Assembly: GCA_021513695.1 (NCBI GenBank) | Contig: CP084166.1 | Location: forward strand, 480,001 to 544,000 | Source of the DNA: Candidatus Heimdallarchaeum aukensis | GTDB lineage: Archaea > Asgardarchaeota > Heimdallarchaeia > Heimdallarchaeales > Heimdallarchaeaceae | Direction of reading: 5' to 3' | DNA: 64,000 nucleotides | Shown here: piece after piece, positions 1 through 9,378 of the stretch | Position numbering within the stretch: position 1 is the first letter of the stretch | Layout of the letters: every line of letters starts with the position of its first letter | Notes under the pieces: model-generated | Seen by the model: the letters and a program-made list of their open reading frames with translations, nothing else | What the model was told of the DNA's origin: nothing | The model's database searches: none | Position numbers and translations under genes: made by a program

Positions 1-503
1 TATTGAAAGGATACTTTGCTATGTGGCTGTCACAGTATCTATCTTACAATTTTGGAAATAATGACCCTTGGAGCATTTGCTTTGCAGGTATTTTTGCTAT
101 ACTTGGACATAATTGGCCAATATGGTTATTAAGTCATGGTGGAAGAGGAGTAGCAACAACTCTTGGTAATTTGATGTTTTTCAATCCTATCTTCTTTTTA
201 ATATGGCTAGCAACGTTTTTCTTACTCAGTTTTCCTCTTATGTATTCAGCTATCGTTTACATCACTAGTTTTATAGTTATGGGAGTTATTCTATACTTCT
301 GGCCCTGGTATGTAAGTCCGATGGTAACAGAACTGAAAAACGACCCCAATCTAGGTTTTTTATCAATGATAATGCTTTTCGGTATAACTCTTGTTGTTCT
401 TTCGCGTCAAAAATCTAATTTCATGAAAATAAAGAATGGTGAAGCAAAAAGAATGAAATTATGGAAAATATTCCAAGGAAAGGCAGATGAAGCCTTAAAA
501 TAA
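1..503 (+). CDS. plsY: Glycerol-3-phosphate acyltransferase PlsY, C-terminal part (5' end lies before the window).
   Basis: Polytopic membrane protein containing LGHNWPIWLLSHGGRGVATTLG, which matches the conserved PlsY motif (E. coli YgiH: [22 protein letters not shown]). The ORF is open at the window start. Confidence 0.55.
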   Translation, partial: LKGYFAMWLSQYLSYNFGNNDPWSICFAGIFAILGHNWPIWLLSHGGRGVATTLGNLMFFNPIFFLIWLATFFLLSFPLMYSAIVYITSFIVMGVILYFWPWYVSPMVTELKNDPNLGFLSMIMLFGITLVVLSRQKSNFMKIKNGEAKRMKLWKIFQGKADEALK

Positions 504-541
504 ATTCTTTCTTTCTTTTTCTATCTTTTTAACAATTTTTT

Positions 542-1288
542 CTATTTTAGTTCTATTAATTCAGAGGATTCTATTTCTAGCGAAAGAGTCTCTTTTTCAT
601 TTTGTATCTTTAAAAGTCCATTATCCTCAATTCCTTCTACTGTATATTCTTGATTTTTGTAGATAATATTATTTTTGCACAATATATCATAAGAATTAAA
701 TTCCTTCAAGATTTCTTTAAGATTGTTTTTTAGAACCTTGATAATATAGTTTTTAATTTGCTTATGCAATTCTTTTGTTAATTTCTCATTATCTACTTTT
801 ATTTTCAAGGATTCATTTATTGAAATAGCTATAGAATTGACTGGAGAGTCTAAAGAAAGAACTTTGTTATTTGTATTTATTCCTATTCCAACGAGTAGAA
901 AATTACAATTTGTATCTTTCACTGTATCAATTAAAATTCCGCCTAACTTTCTTTTTTCTAGAATTATATCATTTGGCCATTTAATTTTAACAGGTATAGA
1001 CAGAATTGTTTCTATTGCTTTTCTTACTCCTAAAGCAATAGAATAATGAAGAAAAGCATATTGTTTTTGATTTATTTCTTCTTTTTTACAAAAAACAAAC
1101 GTTCCCCACCAACCTCCTTTTGGAGAAAACCATTTACTCTGTTTTCTTCCAATACTTGCAGATTGTTCCTCTGCTATTATTAACAAATCTTCATTTTTTG
1201 CTAATTCTAAATAAGACAAAGCTACATTTTGAGTGGAAGGAACAGATTGAAAATGAATGATTTTCAAGGAAAAGGATTCTTGAGCCAT
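542..1288 (-). CDS. birA: Biotin--[acetyl-CoA-carboxylase] ligase (BirA-like biotin protein ligase).
   Basis: GRKQSKWFSPKGGWWGTFVF matches the BirA GRGRRGRxWxSPxG biotin-binding loop. 248 aa. Sits next to the carboxylase genes. Confidence 0.7.
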   Translation of the reverse strand: MAQESFSLKIIHFQSVPSTQNVALSYLELAKNEDLLIIAEEQSASIGRKQSKWFSPKGGWWGTFVFCKKEEINQKQYAFLHYSIALGVRKAIETILSIPVKIKWPNDIILEKRKLGGILIDTVKDTNCNFLLVGIGINTNNKVLSLDSPVNSIAISINESLKIKVDNEKLTKELHKQIKNYIIKVLKNNLKEILKEFNSYDILCKNNIIYKNQEYTVEGIEDNGLLKIQNEKETLSLEIESSELIELK

Positions 1289-1401
1289 TATTTTCGTCGA
1301 AAAACACTTTTATTTAAACTTTTTTTTGTTTTATCAAGATAAAATTATTTAATCATAAAAACAAATTGGGTTTTTAAAAGACCTTTTTTTCTTTAAACTT
1401 A

Positions 1402-2976
1402 ATGGCTCGTATTACTCATATTGGACATGATAAAGGAATTTTGGAAGAAAAAAGACAAACAATACTTTCACTAAGAGAAAAGTCTCTAAAAGGTGGGGGA
1501 GAGGAAAAAATAGCCAGTCAACACAATAAAGGAAAGCTTACTGCGAGAGAGAGAATAGAATTATTGGTTGACGAAAATTCTTTTTGCGAAATAGATCAAA
1601 TAAGAAAATCTCAACATTCTGAATTAGAAATGGAAAAAATAGAAGGAGACGGTGTAGTAACAGGTTATGCAACTATTAATGGTAGACGAGTCTTTATTTA
1701 TAGTCAAGATTTTACCGTTTTGGGAGGAAGTTTAGGAAAAACTCACGCAAAAAAAATTTGTAAAGTTATGGATCTTGCTCTTCAGAGTGGGTGTCCTATA
1801 ATAGGGTTACTTGACTCTGGAGGAGCAAGAATTCAAGAAGGAATAGATTCTCTAGCTGGTTATGGTGAAATATTTTATAGAAATGTAATGAGTTCAGGGG
1901 TAATTCCCCAAGTTTCTATTATTTTGGGTCCTTGTGCTGGAGGAGCGGTCTATTCTCCTGCCCTAACTGATTTTATTATTATGAATCAAATTAATTCATT
2001 TATGTTTGTTACTGGCCCTCAAGTTGTTAAGACAGTTACCGGTGAAGATGTTTCATTCTATGATTTAGGAGGAAGTGAAGTACATAGTTCACTTAGCGGA
2101 GTAAGTCATTTAGTAGGAGAAGATGAAGAGGAAACGATAAATTTAGCTAAGAGACTCTTATCTTACCTTCCATCGAACAATTTAGATGACCCTCCACAAG
2201 AAATAGATGATATCGAAGAAAATGATCAAGATATTCTTTCTGATATTATTCCTGAGCAGGAAAATGAACCTTATGATATGAAAAAAGTAGTTGAAACAGT
2301 TTTAGACCAAGACAGTTTCTTTGAATTACAAGAAAATTGGGCAAAAAACATTATTGTTGGTTTCGGAAGATTAGAAGGTTTAACTGTCGGTATTATTGCA
2401 AACCAACCTTTATTTCTTGGAGGAGCTATAGAATATAATGCTGCGGATAAAGCAGCAAGATTTATTCGTTTTTGTGATTCATTTAACATCCCTATAATTA
2501 CTTTTGTTGATGTACCTGGTTTTATGCCAGGATTAAAACAAGAGGAAGAAGGAATAATTCGTCATGGAGCTAAAATGCTTTTTGCTTATTCAGAAGCTAC
2601 TGTCCCAAAACTTGCAGTAATAACAAGAAAAGCTTATGGAGGAGCTTATATTGTTATGAGCTCAAAGCATTTAGGAGCTGATATTAATTTTGCTTGGCCT
2701 ACAGCAGAAATAGCTGTCATGGGGGCAGAGGGAGCTTGTAATATTATTTATAGAAAAGAACTGAAAAAAGCTGAAAATCCAGAACAAGCTTTGCAAGATT
2801 TTGTTGTAAAATACAAAAAACAGTTCAGCAATCCTATTCGAGCAGCTGAGAAAGGATATGTTGACAAAGTTATTTTGCCTGAAGAAACAAGAATTGAACT
2901 TTCTAATGCCTTGAAATTTTTACAAAATAAAAGGATAGATACCCCGAAAAGAAAACACGGGAATATTCCACTTTAA
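1402..2976 (+). CDS. pccB: Acyl-CoA carboxylase carboxyltransferase (beta) subunit, PccB/AccD5/methylmalonyl-CoA decarboxylase-alpha family.
   Basis: 524 aa. The N-terminus MARITHIGHDKGILEEKRQTILSLREKSLKGGGEEKIASQHNKGKLTARERIELLVDENSF is the canonical propionyl-CoA carboxylase beta start. Two crotonase-fold CT halves are present (GGSLGKTHAKKICK..., ...ITFVDVPGFMPG...). Confidence 0.85.
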   Translation: MARITHIGHDKGILEEKRQTILSLREKSLKGGGEEKIASQHNKGKLTARERIELLVDENSFCEIDQIRKSQHSELEMEKIEGDGVVTGYATINGRRVFIYSQDFTVLGGSLGKTHAKKICKVMDLALQSGCPIIGLLDSGGARIQEGIDSLAGYGEIFYRNVMSSGVIPQVSIILGPCAGGAVYSPALTDFIIMNQINSFMFVTGPQVVKTVTGEDVSFYDLGGSEVHSSLSGVSHLVGEDEEETINLAKRLLSYLPSNNLDDPPQEIDDIEENDQDILSDIIPEQENEPYDMKKVVETVLDQDSFFELQENWAKNIIVGFGRLEGLTVGIIANQPLFLGGAIEYNAADKAARFIRFCDSFNIPIITFVDVPGFMPGLKQEEEGIIRHGAKMLFAYSEATVPKLAVITRKAYGGAYIVMSSKHLGADINFAWPTAEIAVMGAEGACNIIYRKELKKAENPEQALQDFVVKYKKQFSNPIRAAEKGYVDKVILPEETRIELSNALKFLQNKRIDTPKRKHGNIPL

Positions 2977-2997
2977 AATTATTAAGAGGAGAATTTT

Positions 2998-5900
2998 ATG
3001 AAAACTCTAAAAGAACTAAAAAATGAACTACAAATTAAATATCCAATTTTTGGATATAATCCTATCGGACTTGCTGATCCCACGTTAGCTATTGAAATCT
3101 CCAAACTTGGAGGAGTGGGATTAATTAACACTATTGGACTTGAACAAGAAGAACTAACTAAGATTCTTGATCAATGCGAACTTAATCTACCCACACAACT
3201 ATGGGGAATAAGGATTAACGATCTTTCTCACATTAAATGGATTAATCATGAACGAAGTATTCCAATCGTTATCCTACCGGAGAAACCTACAAGATTACAA
3301 CTGGATAAACTGCGTAAAATAAGTAAATTTATTGTCGCTGAAGTTTTATTTGTTGAAGAAGCAAAAAGTCATCTTGAATGGTCAGATTTCTTTTTAGTTA
3401 AAGGTATTGAAGCAGGAGGAAAAGTTGGTACAAAAGCTTCTTTTATTCAGATTCAAGAGTTTTATGAAACTGGATGGCCTTTTATCATTCAAGGAGGAAT
3501 GGGTGCTTTTAATATTAGTTCTGCTCTAATAGGAGGAGCAATAGGAGTAGTTTTTGAGGGACAATTATATCAATTTCCTGAATGTCCTCTTTCTGAAGAA
3601 GCGAAAAAGTATCTTGCTTCTTTAGGTGAAAATGATTCTTTCATTATCAATGAAAGTGGTAAAGAAGGTTACAGAATTTCTGGAAAACTAGCTAACAAAG
3701 CAATTAGAGAAATAAAACAACTAGAAGAAGAATCAAGTGAGGAAAAAATACTTGATAGAATTACTGAATTTGAAAAACCTCACGATCAATTTGGTTTTAA
3801 GAGTCAGAACATTAAACACGCATTTTTACCACTAGGTAACGATGTTTTCTTCTCCACATTCTTCAAGAAAAGATTTGGAAATTTAACAAATTTTGTGGAG
3901 CAAGCTCTTAAGATAGCTGATGAACAAATACAGATTGCTCTAAGAAATTGGCCTTTTGCAAAAGGTTCTACTTTATCCAACTTTCTAGGTACAAAATATC
4001 CTATTATTCAAGGCCCTATGGCTAATGTTTCTGATAATGTAGACTTTGCTATTAATGTAGCGAAAAATGGAGCTCTTCCTTTCTTAGCTTTGGGTGGATT
4101 ACTAAAAGAAGAAACTGAGGAGCTTTTTGATAAAGTTAGAGAAAGTGAACTTGTAAAATATTCCTATGGTTGTGGGATTATAGGTTTAGAAGCAGTTAAA
4201 CAAAGGAGAGAAGAGCACCTTTCTTTAATGAGAGATCTTAAACCTCCCTTTGCTTTGATTGCTGCTGGAACAGTTAATTTAGCTAAACAAGTACAAGAAA
4301 TGGGTTTTAAGACTTTATTACACACTCCCGCTCTATCAATGTTTAAAGATTCTATCAAAAATGGAATAGATTTACAAATTTTAGAAGGGAGTGAATGTGG
4401 AGGACATATTGGACTTCTTTCATCTTTTATTTTATGGGAAAGTATTTTGGAATTTTTAGATGAAAATAGAGAACAGATAGAAAAACCTTTGAAAATAGCT
4501 TTTGCAGGAGGGATATCTGACGGCACTAGTTCTGCGATGCTAGCAGTTATGATTGCTAAACATCTAGATATTATAGAATCAGCAATACAGATGGGTACAT
4601 CCTACTTATTTACTGAAGAGATTCTAGAAACAAAGGCTTTAACTGGATTTTATCAAGAACTTCTTCTTAATTCTAACTACACCAGAATTATAGGCTCAAC
4701 AGTAAATACTCGAGCACGAGCTGCTCCTTCACCTTTTGTAGATCAAACAATTAAAAGAGAAAGAGAGAGAATTAGACAAAAAATACCAATAAAAGAAAGA
4801 AAAGAACTTTACGAGAAAGATAATCTAGGAGCTTTAAGAATTGCAGCTAAAGCTGAAAAATGGAATAACGATCATGTTCCTGGTACTGCAACTACACAGT
4901 TTATAAAAATCGATGAAGAGGAACAGAAAAACTTTGGTTGCTTTATGGCTGGAGAAGTAATAGCAAAGAAACGTAGTATTTACAAGATAGATGACCTACA
5001 CTATGATATTTCAGTAATTGGAAAAGAAATCTTAGAAAAGCAATCAACTTCTATTGCTGATTATTTACTTTCAAAAGAAAAACTAGAAGCTTATGTTTCT
5101 AAAGAACAAAGTCCTCTAGTTATAGATAGTACTAATAAAATTGCTATAGTAGGAATAGGTAGTTTCTTCCCTGATGCTCCAAACACAGAAAAATTCTGGG
5201 AAAATATTGTTAACAAACATTATGCTGTAACTGAAGTACCTATTGAAAGATGGGATCCTAAATATTATTATGACGAAGATCGAACCGCTCCAGACAAGAC
5301 TTATACCAAAATTGGAGCGTTTGTAAAAGAATTTAAATTTAAACCTATTCAATTCAAGATTCCTCCTAAAGTAGCTGAAAAGATGGATGAAGTTCAGAAA
5401 TGGTCATTAATTGCTGCAAAAGAAGCTTTAGAAGATGCTGGAATACCCACAGATGGCAAGAAACGCCTACCTATAGGAGTAATTGTAGGCAATGCTTTAG
5501 GTGGAGAAAATCAGAGAATTACTAACAGGAGATTACACTATCCAGAAATTGAAGAACAACTAAAAATTTTATTAAGCTCAAAATTGTCTGATGAGGAAGT
5601 AGAAAAGTTTGTTTCTTCTTTCAAGAAAGAATATCTCAGTAAATACGCAGAGATTACAGAGGATACTATGCCTGGAGAATTATCTAATGTTGTTGCGGGA
5701 AGAATAGCCAATATATTCAATTTATCTGGTAAATCAATGACAACAGATGCTGCATGTGCTTCTTCTCTTGCTGCTCTGGACATTGCGGTAAAAAGTTTGT
5801 TGAATAACGATTTTGATACTATTCTTGTTGGCGGAGCAGATAGATCTATGGATGTTTCTTCTTATGTTAAATTCAGTAAGATCGGTGCTCTTTCTGCAAC

Positions 5901-7518
5901 TGGTTCTCGACCTTTTGATTCCAAGGCAGACGGTTTTGTAATGGGAGAAGGATGTGGTTTTCTTGTCTTGAAGAAATTGAAAAAAGCTATTGAAGACAAT
6001 GACAAAATTTATGCCATAATTGATTCTGTTGGTTCTTCCTCTGATGGTAAAGGAAAAGGAATTACTGCTCCTAATCCTTTAGGACAAAAAGAAGCTATTG
6101 AAAGAGCTCTTGAACAAGCTAAAGTTTCTCCTTCTGAGATAGATTTAATTGAAGCACATGGAACTTCCACCATAGTAGGAGATAAAACAGAAGTTCAAGT
6201 TTTAAATGAGATTTTCACAGAAAAACAAAAAGAAAGAAAAAGGAAAATAGCTCTTGGTTCAATTAAAAGCCAAATTGGTCATTTAAAGAGCGCAGCAGGT
6301 ATAGCTTCTGTTATAAAAGTAGCTTTAGCTCTTGACAAGAAAATTCTTCCACCAACGATAAATGTTCAAGAACTTAATCCTGCGATTGATTGGAATAATT
6401 CTAATCTTTTTGTTAATCTTGATGCTCAACCATGGGAAAAGGTTGATAACTCTATCAGAAGAGCAGGAGTTTCTGCTTTTGGTTTTGGAGGAACAAATTA
6501 TCATACAATCTTGGAAGAATATATTCCAGAAGCACAGTACATAGAAAAAGAAAAGCAACCAATAGTTGAACTAAAAGAACAAAAAGAAGAAGTTTGCTTC
6601 CTTTATACTGGACAAGGAAGTCAATATTTAGGCATGATAAAGGAACTTTATGATAATTATCCAACTGTTAGAAAAACAATAGATGAAGCTTCAGTTATTG
6701 CTAAAGAGAGTTTAAATGCTGATTTGCGTGAAATAATTTTTGGTTCACCTCAACTTTCCAAAGTTGAAAATGAGGAAAGATTAAGACAAACAGAATACAC
6801 TCAACCTTCTCTCTTTGTAGTCGAAGTTGCTTTAACTAGATTATTGAAAGAAAAAGGAATTGAGCCTACAAGAGTAGCTGGACATAGTTTAGGAGAATAT
6901 ACTGCTTTAGTTGCTGCGGGAGTGTTCTCTTTTGAAGATGGATTAAAAGCTGTAATAGAAAGAGGAAAAGCGATGGCAAAAGCTTCTAAAAGTATCCCTG
7001 GAGCAATGGCAGCTATTCTTACATCTCAAGAAAAAGTTAAGGAAATTATAGAAAAGGTAAATGAAGGTTATATAACAGTAGCCAATTATAACTCATTAAA
7101 CCAAACAGTGATTTCGGGAGAAGAAAAAGCTGTAAACAAAGCTATAGAACTTTTCTCTGCAAGAAAAATAAAAGCAATAAAATTAAATGTTTCAACAGCT
7201 TTTCATTCTATTATTGTTAAAGATGCAGAAATAGAAATGGAGAGAGTGCTTAACAGCCTGACTTACAATAAACCTTCAATTCCTGTCTATTCAAATGTAA
7301 CGGGAAGTTTGTACCCTGACAAACCCTCTAAAATTAAAGAACTTCTAATTAATCAGCTCTGTAATTCTGTTCAATGGGTTAAGATTTCAGAAATGGTCAT
7401 TAATTGCTGCAAAAGAAGCTTTAGAAGATGCTGGAATACCCACAGATGGCAAGAAACGCCTACCTATAGGAGTAATTGTAGGCAATGCTTTAGGTGGAGA
7501 AAATCAGAGAATTACTAA
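2998..7518 (+). CDS. PKS/FAS-like megasynthase, 5' segment: FMN-dependent enoyl reductase (nitronate monooxygenase/FabK/PfaD-like) - ketosynthase (KS) - acyltransferase (AT). The last ~45 codons are out of frame because of the 1993-bp tandem duplication.
   Basis: ER: YPIIQGPMANVSD...ALPFLALGG...GSECGGHIG (about 3990-4700), preceded by a degenerate NPD-like half. KS (about 5140-6520): IAIVGIGSFFPDAPNTEKFWENI, active-site TDAACASSLAAL, EAHGTSTIVGDKTE, GSIKSQIGHLKSAAG. AT (6590 onward): GQGSQ, GHSLGEYTA, TAFHS (malonyl-type). The frame breaks at 7385/7386 and the tail VINCCKRSF... is nonsense. Confidence 0.8.
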   Translation: MKTLKELKNELQIKYPIFGYNPIGLADPTLAIEISKLGGVGLINTIGLEQEELTKILDQCELNLPTQLWGIRINDLSHIKWINHERSIPIVILPEKPTRLQLDKLRKISKFIVAEVLFVEEAKSHLEWSDFFLVKGIEAGGKVGTKASFIQIQEFYETGWPFIIQGGMGAFNISSALIGGAIGVVFEGQLYQFPECPLSEEAKKYLASLGENDSFIINESGKEGYRISGKLANKAIREIKQLEEESSEEKILDRITEFEKPHDQFGFKSQNIKHAFLPLGNDVFFSTFFKKRFGNLTNFVEQALKIADEQIQIALRNWPFAKGSTLSNFLGTKYPIIQGPMANVSDNVDFAINVAKNGALPFLALGGLLKEETEELFDKVRESELVKYSYGCGIIGLEAVKQRREEHLSLMRDLKPPFALIAAGTVNLAKQVQEMGFKTLLHTPALSMFKDSIKNGIDLQILEGSECGGHIGLLSSFILWESILEFLDENREQIEKPLKIAFAGGISDGTSSAMLAVMIAKHLDIIESAIQMGTSYLFTEEILETKALTGFYQELLLNSNYTRIIGSTVNTRARAAPSPFVDQTIKRERERIRQKIPIKERKELYEKDNLGALRIAAKAEKWNNDHVPGTATTQFIKIDEEEQKNFGCFMAGEVIAKKRSIYKIDDLHYDISVIGKEILEKQSTSIADYLLSKEKLEAYVSKEQSPLVIDSTNKIAIVGIGSFFPDAPNTEKFWENIVNKHYAVTEVPIERWDPKYYYDEDRTAPDKTYTKIGAFVKEFKFKPIQFKIPPKVAEKMDEVQKWSLIAAKEALEDAGIPTDGKKRLPIGVIVGNALGGENQRITNRRLHYPEIEEQLKILLSSKLSDEEVEKFVSSFKKEYLSKYAEITEDTMPGELSNVVAGRIANIFNLSGKSMTTDAACASSLAALDIAVKSLLNNDFDTILVGGADRSMDVSSYVKFSKIGALSATGSRPFDSKADGFVMGEGCGFLVLKKLKKAIEDNDKIYAIIDSVGSSSDGKGKGITAPNPLGQKEAIERALEQAKVSPSEIDLIEAHGTSTIVGDKTEVQVLNEIFTEKQKERKRKIALGSIKSQIGHLKSAAGIASVIKVALALDKKILPPTINVQELNPAIDWNNSNLFVNLDAQPWEKVDNSIRRAGVSAFGFGGTNYHTILEEYIPEAQYIEKEKQPIVELKEQKEEVCFLYTGQGSQYLGMIKELYDNYPTVRKTIDEASVIAKESLNADLREIIFGSPQLSKVENEERLRQTEYTQPSLFVVEVALTRLLKEKGIEPTRVAGHSLGEYTALVAAGVFSFEDGLKAVIERGKAMAKASKSIPGAMAAILTSQEKVKEIIEKVNEGYITVANYNSLNQTVISGEEKAVNKAIELFSARKIKAIKLNVSTAFHSIIVKDAEIEMERVLNSLTYNKPSIPVYSNVTGSLYPDKPSKIKELLINQLCNSVQWVKISEMVINCCKRSFRRCWNTHRWQETPTYRSNCRQCFRWRKSENY

Positions 7519-9378
7519 CAGGAGATTACACTATCCAGAAATTGAAGAACAACTAAAAATTTTATTAAGCTCAAAATTGTCTGATGAGGAAGTAGAAAAG
7601 TTTGTTTCTTCTTTCAAGAAAGAATATCTCAGTAAATACGCAGAGATTACAGAGGATACTATGCCTGGAGAATTATCTAATGTTGTTGCGGGAAGAATAG
7701 CCAATATATTCAATTTATCTGGTAAATCAATGACAACAGATGCTGCATGTGCTTCTTCTCTTGCTGCTCTGGACATTGCGGTAAAAAGTTTGTTGAATAA
7801 CGATTTTGATACTATTCTTGTTGGCGGAGCAGATAGATCTATGGATGTTTCTTCTTATGTTAAATTCAGTAAGATCGGTGCTCTTTCTGCAACTGGTTCT
7901 CGACCTTTTGATTCCAAGGCAGACGGTTTTGTAATGGGAGAAGGATGTGGTTTTCTTGTCTTGAAGAAATTGAAAAAAGCTATTGAAGACAATGACAAAA
8001 TTTATGCCATAATTGATTCTGTTGGTTCTTCCTCTGATGGTAAAGGAAAAGGAATTACTGCTCCTAATCCTTTAGGACAAAAAGAAGCTATTGAAAGAGC
8101 TCTTGAACAAGCTAAAGTTTCTCCTTCTGAGATAGATTTAATTGAAGCACATGGAACTTCCACCATAGTAGGAGATAAAACAGAAGTTCAAGTTTTAAAT
8201 GAGATTTTCACAGAAAAACAAAAAGAAAGAAAAAGGAAAATAGCTCTTGGTTCAATTAAAAGCCAAATTGGTCATTTAAAGAGCGCAGCAGGTATAGCTT
8301 CTGTTATAAAAGTAGCTTTAGCTCTTGACAAGAAAATTCTTCCACCAACGATAAATGTTCAAGAACTTAATCCTGCGATTGATTGGAATAATTCTAATCT
8401 TTTTGTTAATCTTGATGCTCAACCATGGGAAAAGGTTGATAACTCTATCAGAAGAGCAGGAGTTTCTGCTTTTGGTTTTGGAGGAACAAATTATCATACA
8501 ATCTTGGAAGAATATATTCCAGAAGCACAGTACATAGAAAAAGAAAAGCAACCAATAGTTGAACTAAAAGAACAAAAAGAAGAAGTTTGCTTCCTTTATA
8601 CTGGACAAGGAAGTCAATATTTAGGCATGATAAAGGAACTTTATGATAATTATCCAACTGTTAGAAAAACAATAGATGAAGCTTCAGTTATTGCTAAAGA
8701 GAGTTTAAATGCTGATTTGCGTGAAATAATTTTTGGTTCACCTCAACTTTCCAAAGTTGAAAATGAGGAAAGATTAAGACAAACAGAATACACTCAACCT
8801 TCTCTCTTTGTAGTCGAAGTTGCTTTAACTAGATTATTGAAAGAAAAAGGAATTGAGCCTACAAGAGTAGCTGGACATAGTTTAGGAGAATATACTGCTT
8901 TAGTTGCTGCGGGAGTGTTCTCTTTTGAAGATGGATTAAAAGCTGTAATAGAAAGAGGAAAAGCGATGGCAAAAGCTTCTAAAAGTATCCCTGGAGCAAT
9001 GGCAGCTATTCTTACATCTCAAGAAAAAGTTAAGGAAATTATAGAAAAGGTAAATGAAGGTTATATAACAGTAGCCAATTATAACTCATTAAACCAAACA
9101 GTGATTTCGGGAGAAGAAAAAGCTGTAAACAAAGCTATAGAACTTTTCTCTGCAAGAAAAATAAAAGCAATAAAATTAAATGTTTCAACAGCTTTTCATT
9201 CTATTATTGTTAAAGATGCAGAAATAGAAATGGAGAGAGTGCTTAACAGCCTGACTTACAATAAACCTTCAATTCCTGTCTATTCAAATGTAACGGGAAG
9301 TTTGTACCCTGACAAACCCTCTAAAATTAAAGAACTTCTAATTAATCAGCTCTGTAATTCTGTTCAATGGGTTAAGAT
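5393..9378 (+). repeat. Perfect direct tandem duplication, 2 x 1993 bp (5393-7385 and 7386-9378), running from mid-KS to the end of AT inside the megasynthase gene.
   Basis: Direct sequence comparison gives a constant offset of 1993. Identical antisense ORFs at 5538-5783 = 7531-7776 and 6325-6558 = 8318-8551 confirm it. Unit length is 3x664+1, so the reading frame shifts at the junction. Confidence 0.9.

Noticed and set aside
4164-4526. Antisense ORFs inside the megasynthase (4164-4526, 5116-5352, 5538-5783 = 7531-7776, 6325-6664 and 8318-8657 sets, 9736-10335, 11871-12423, 13705-13887, 14461-14739).
   Set aside because: All lie wholly within strong sense-strand coding sequence with recognisable domains. 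They are low-complexity and typical of spurious ORFs on the opposite strand of AT-rich genes. Their pairwise identity is just a consequence of the tandem duplication.
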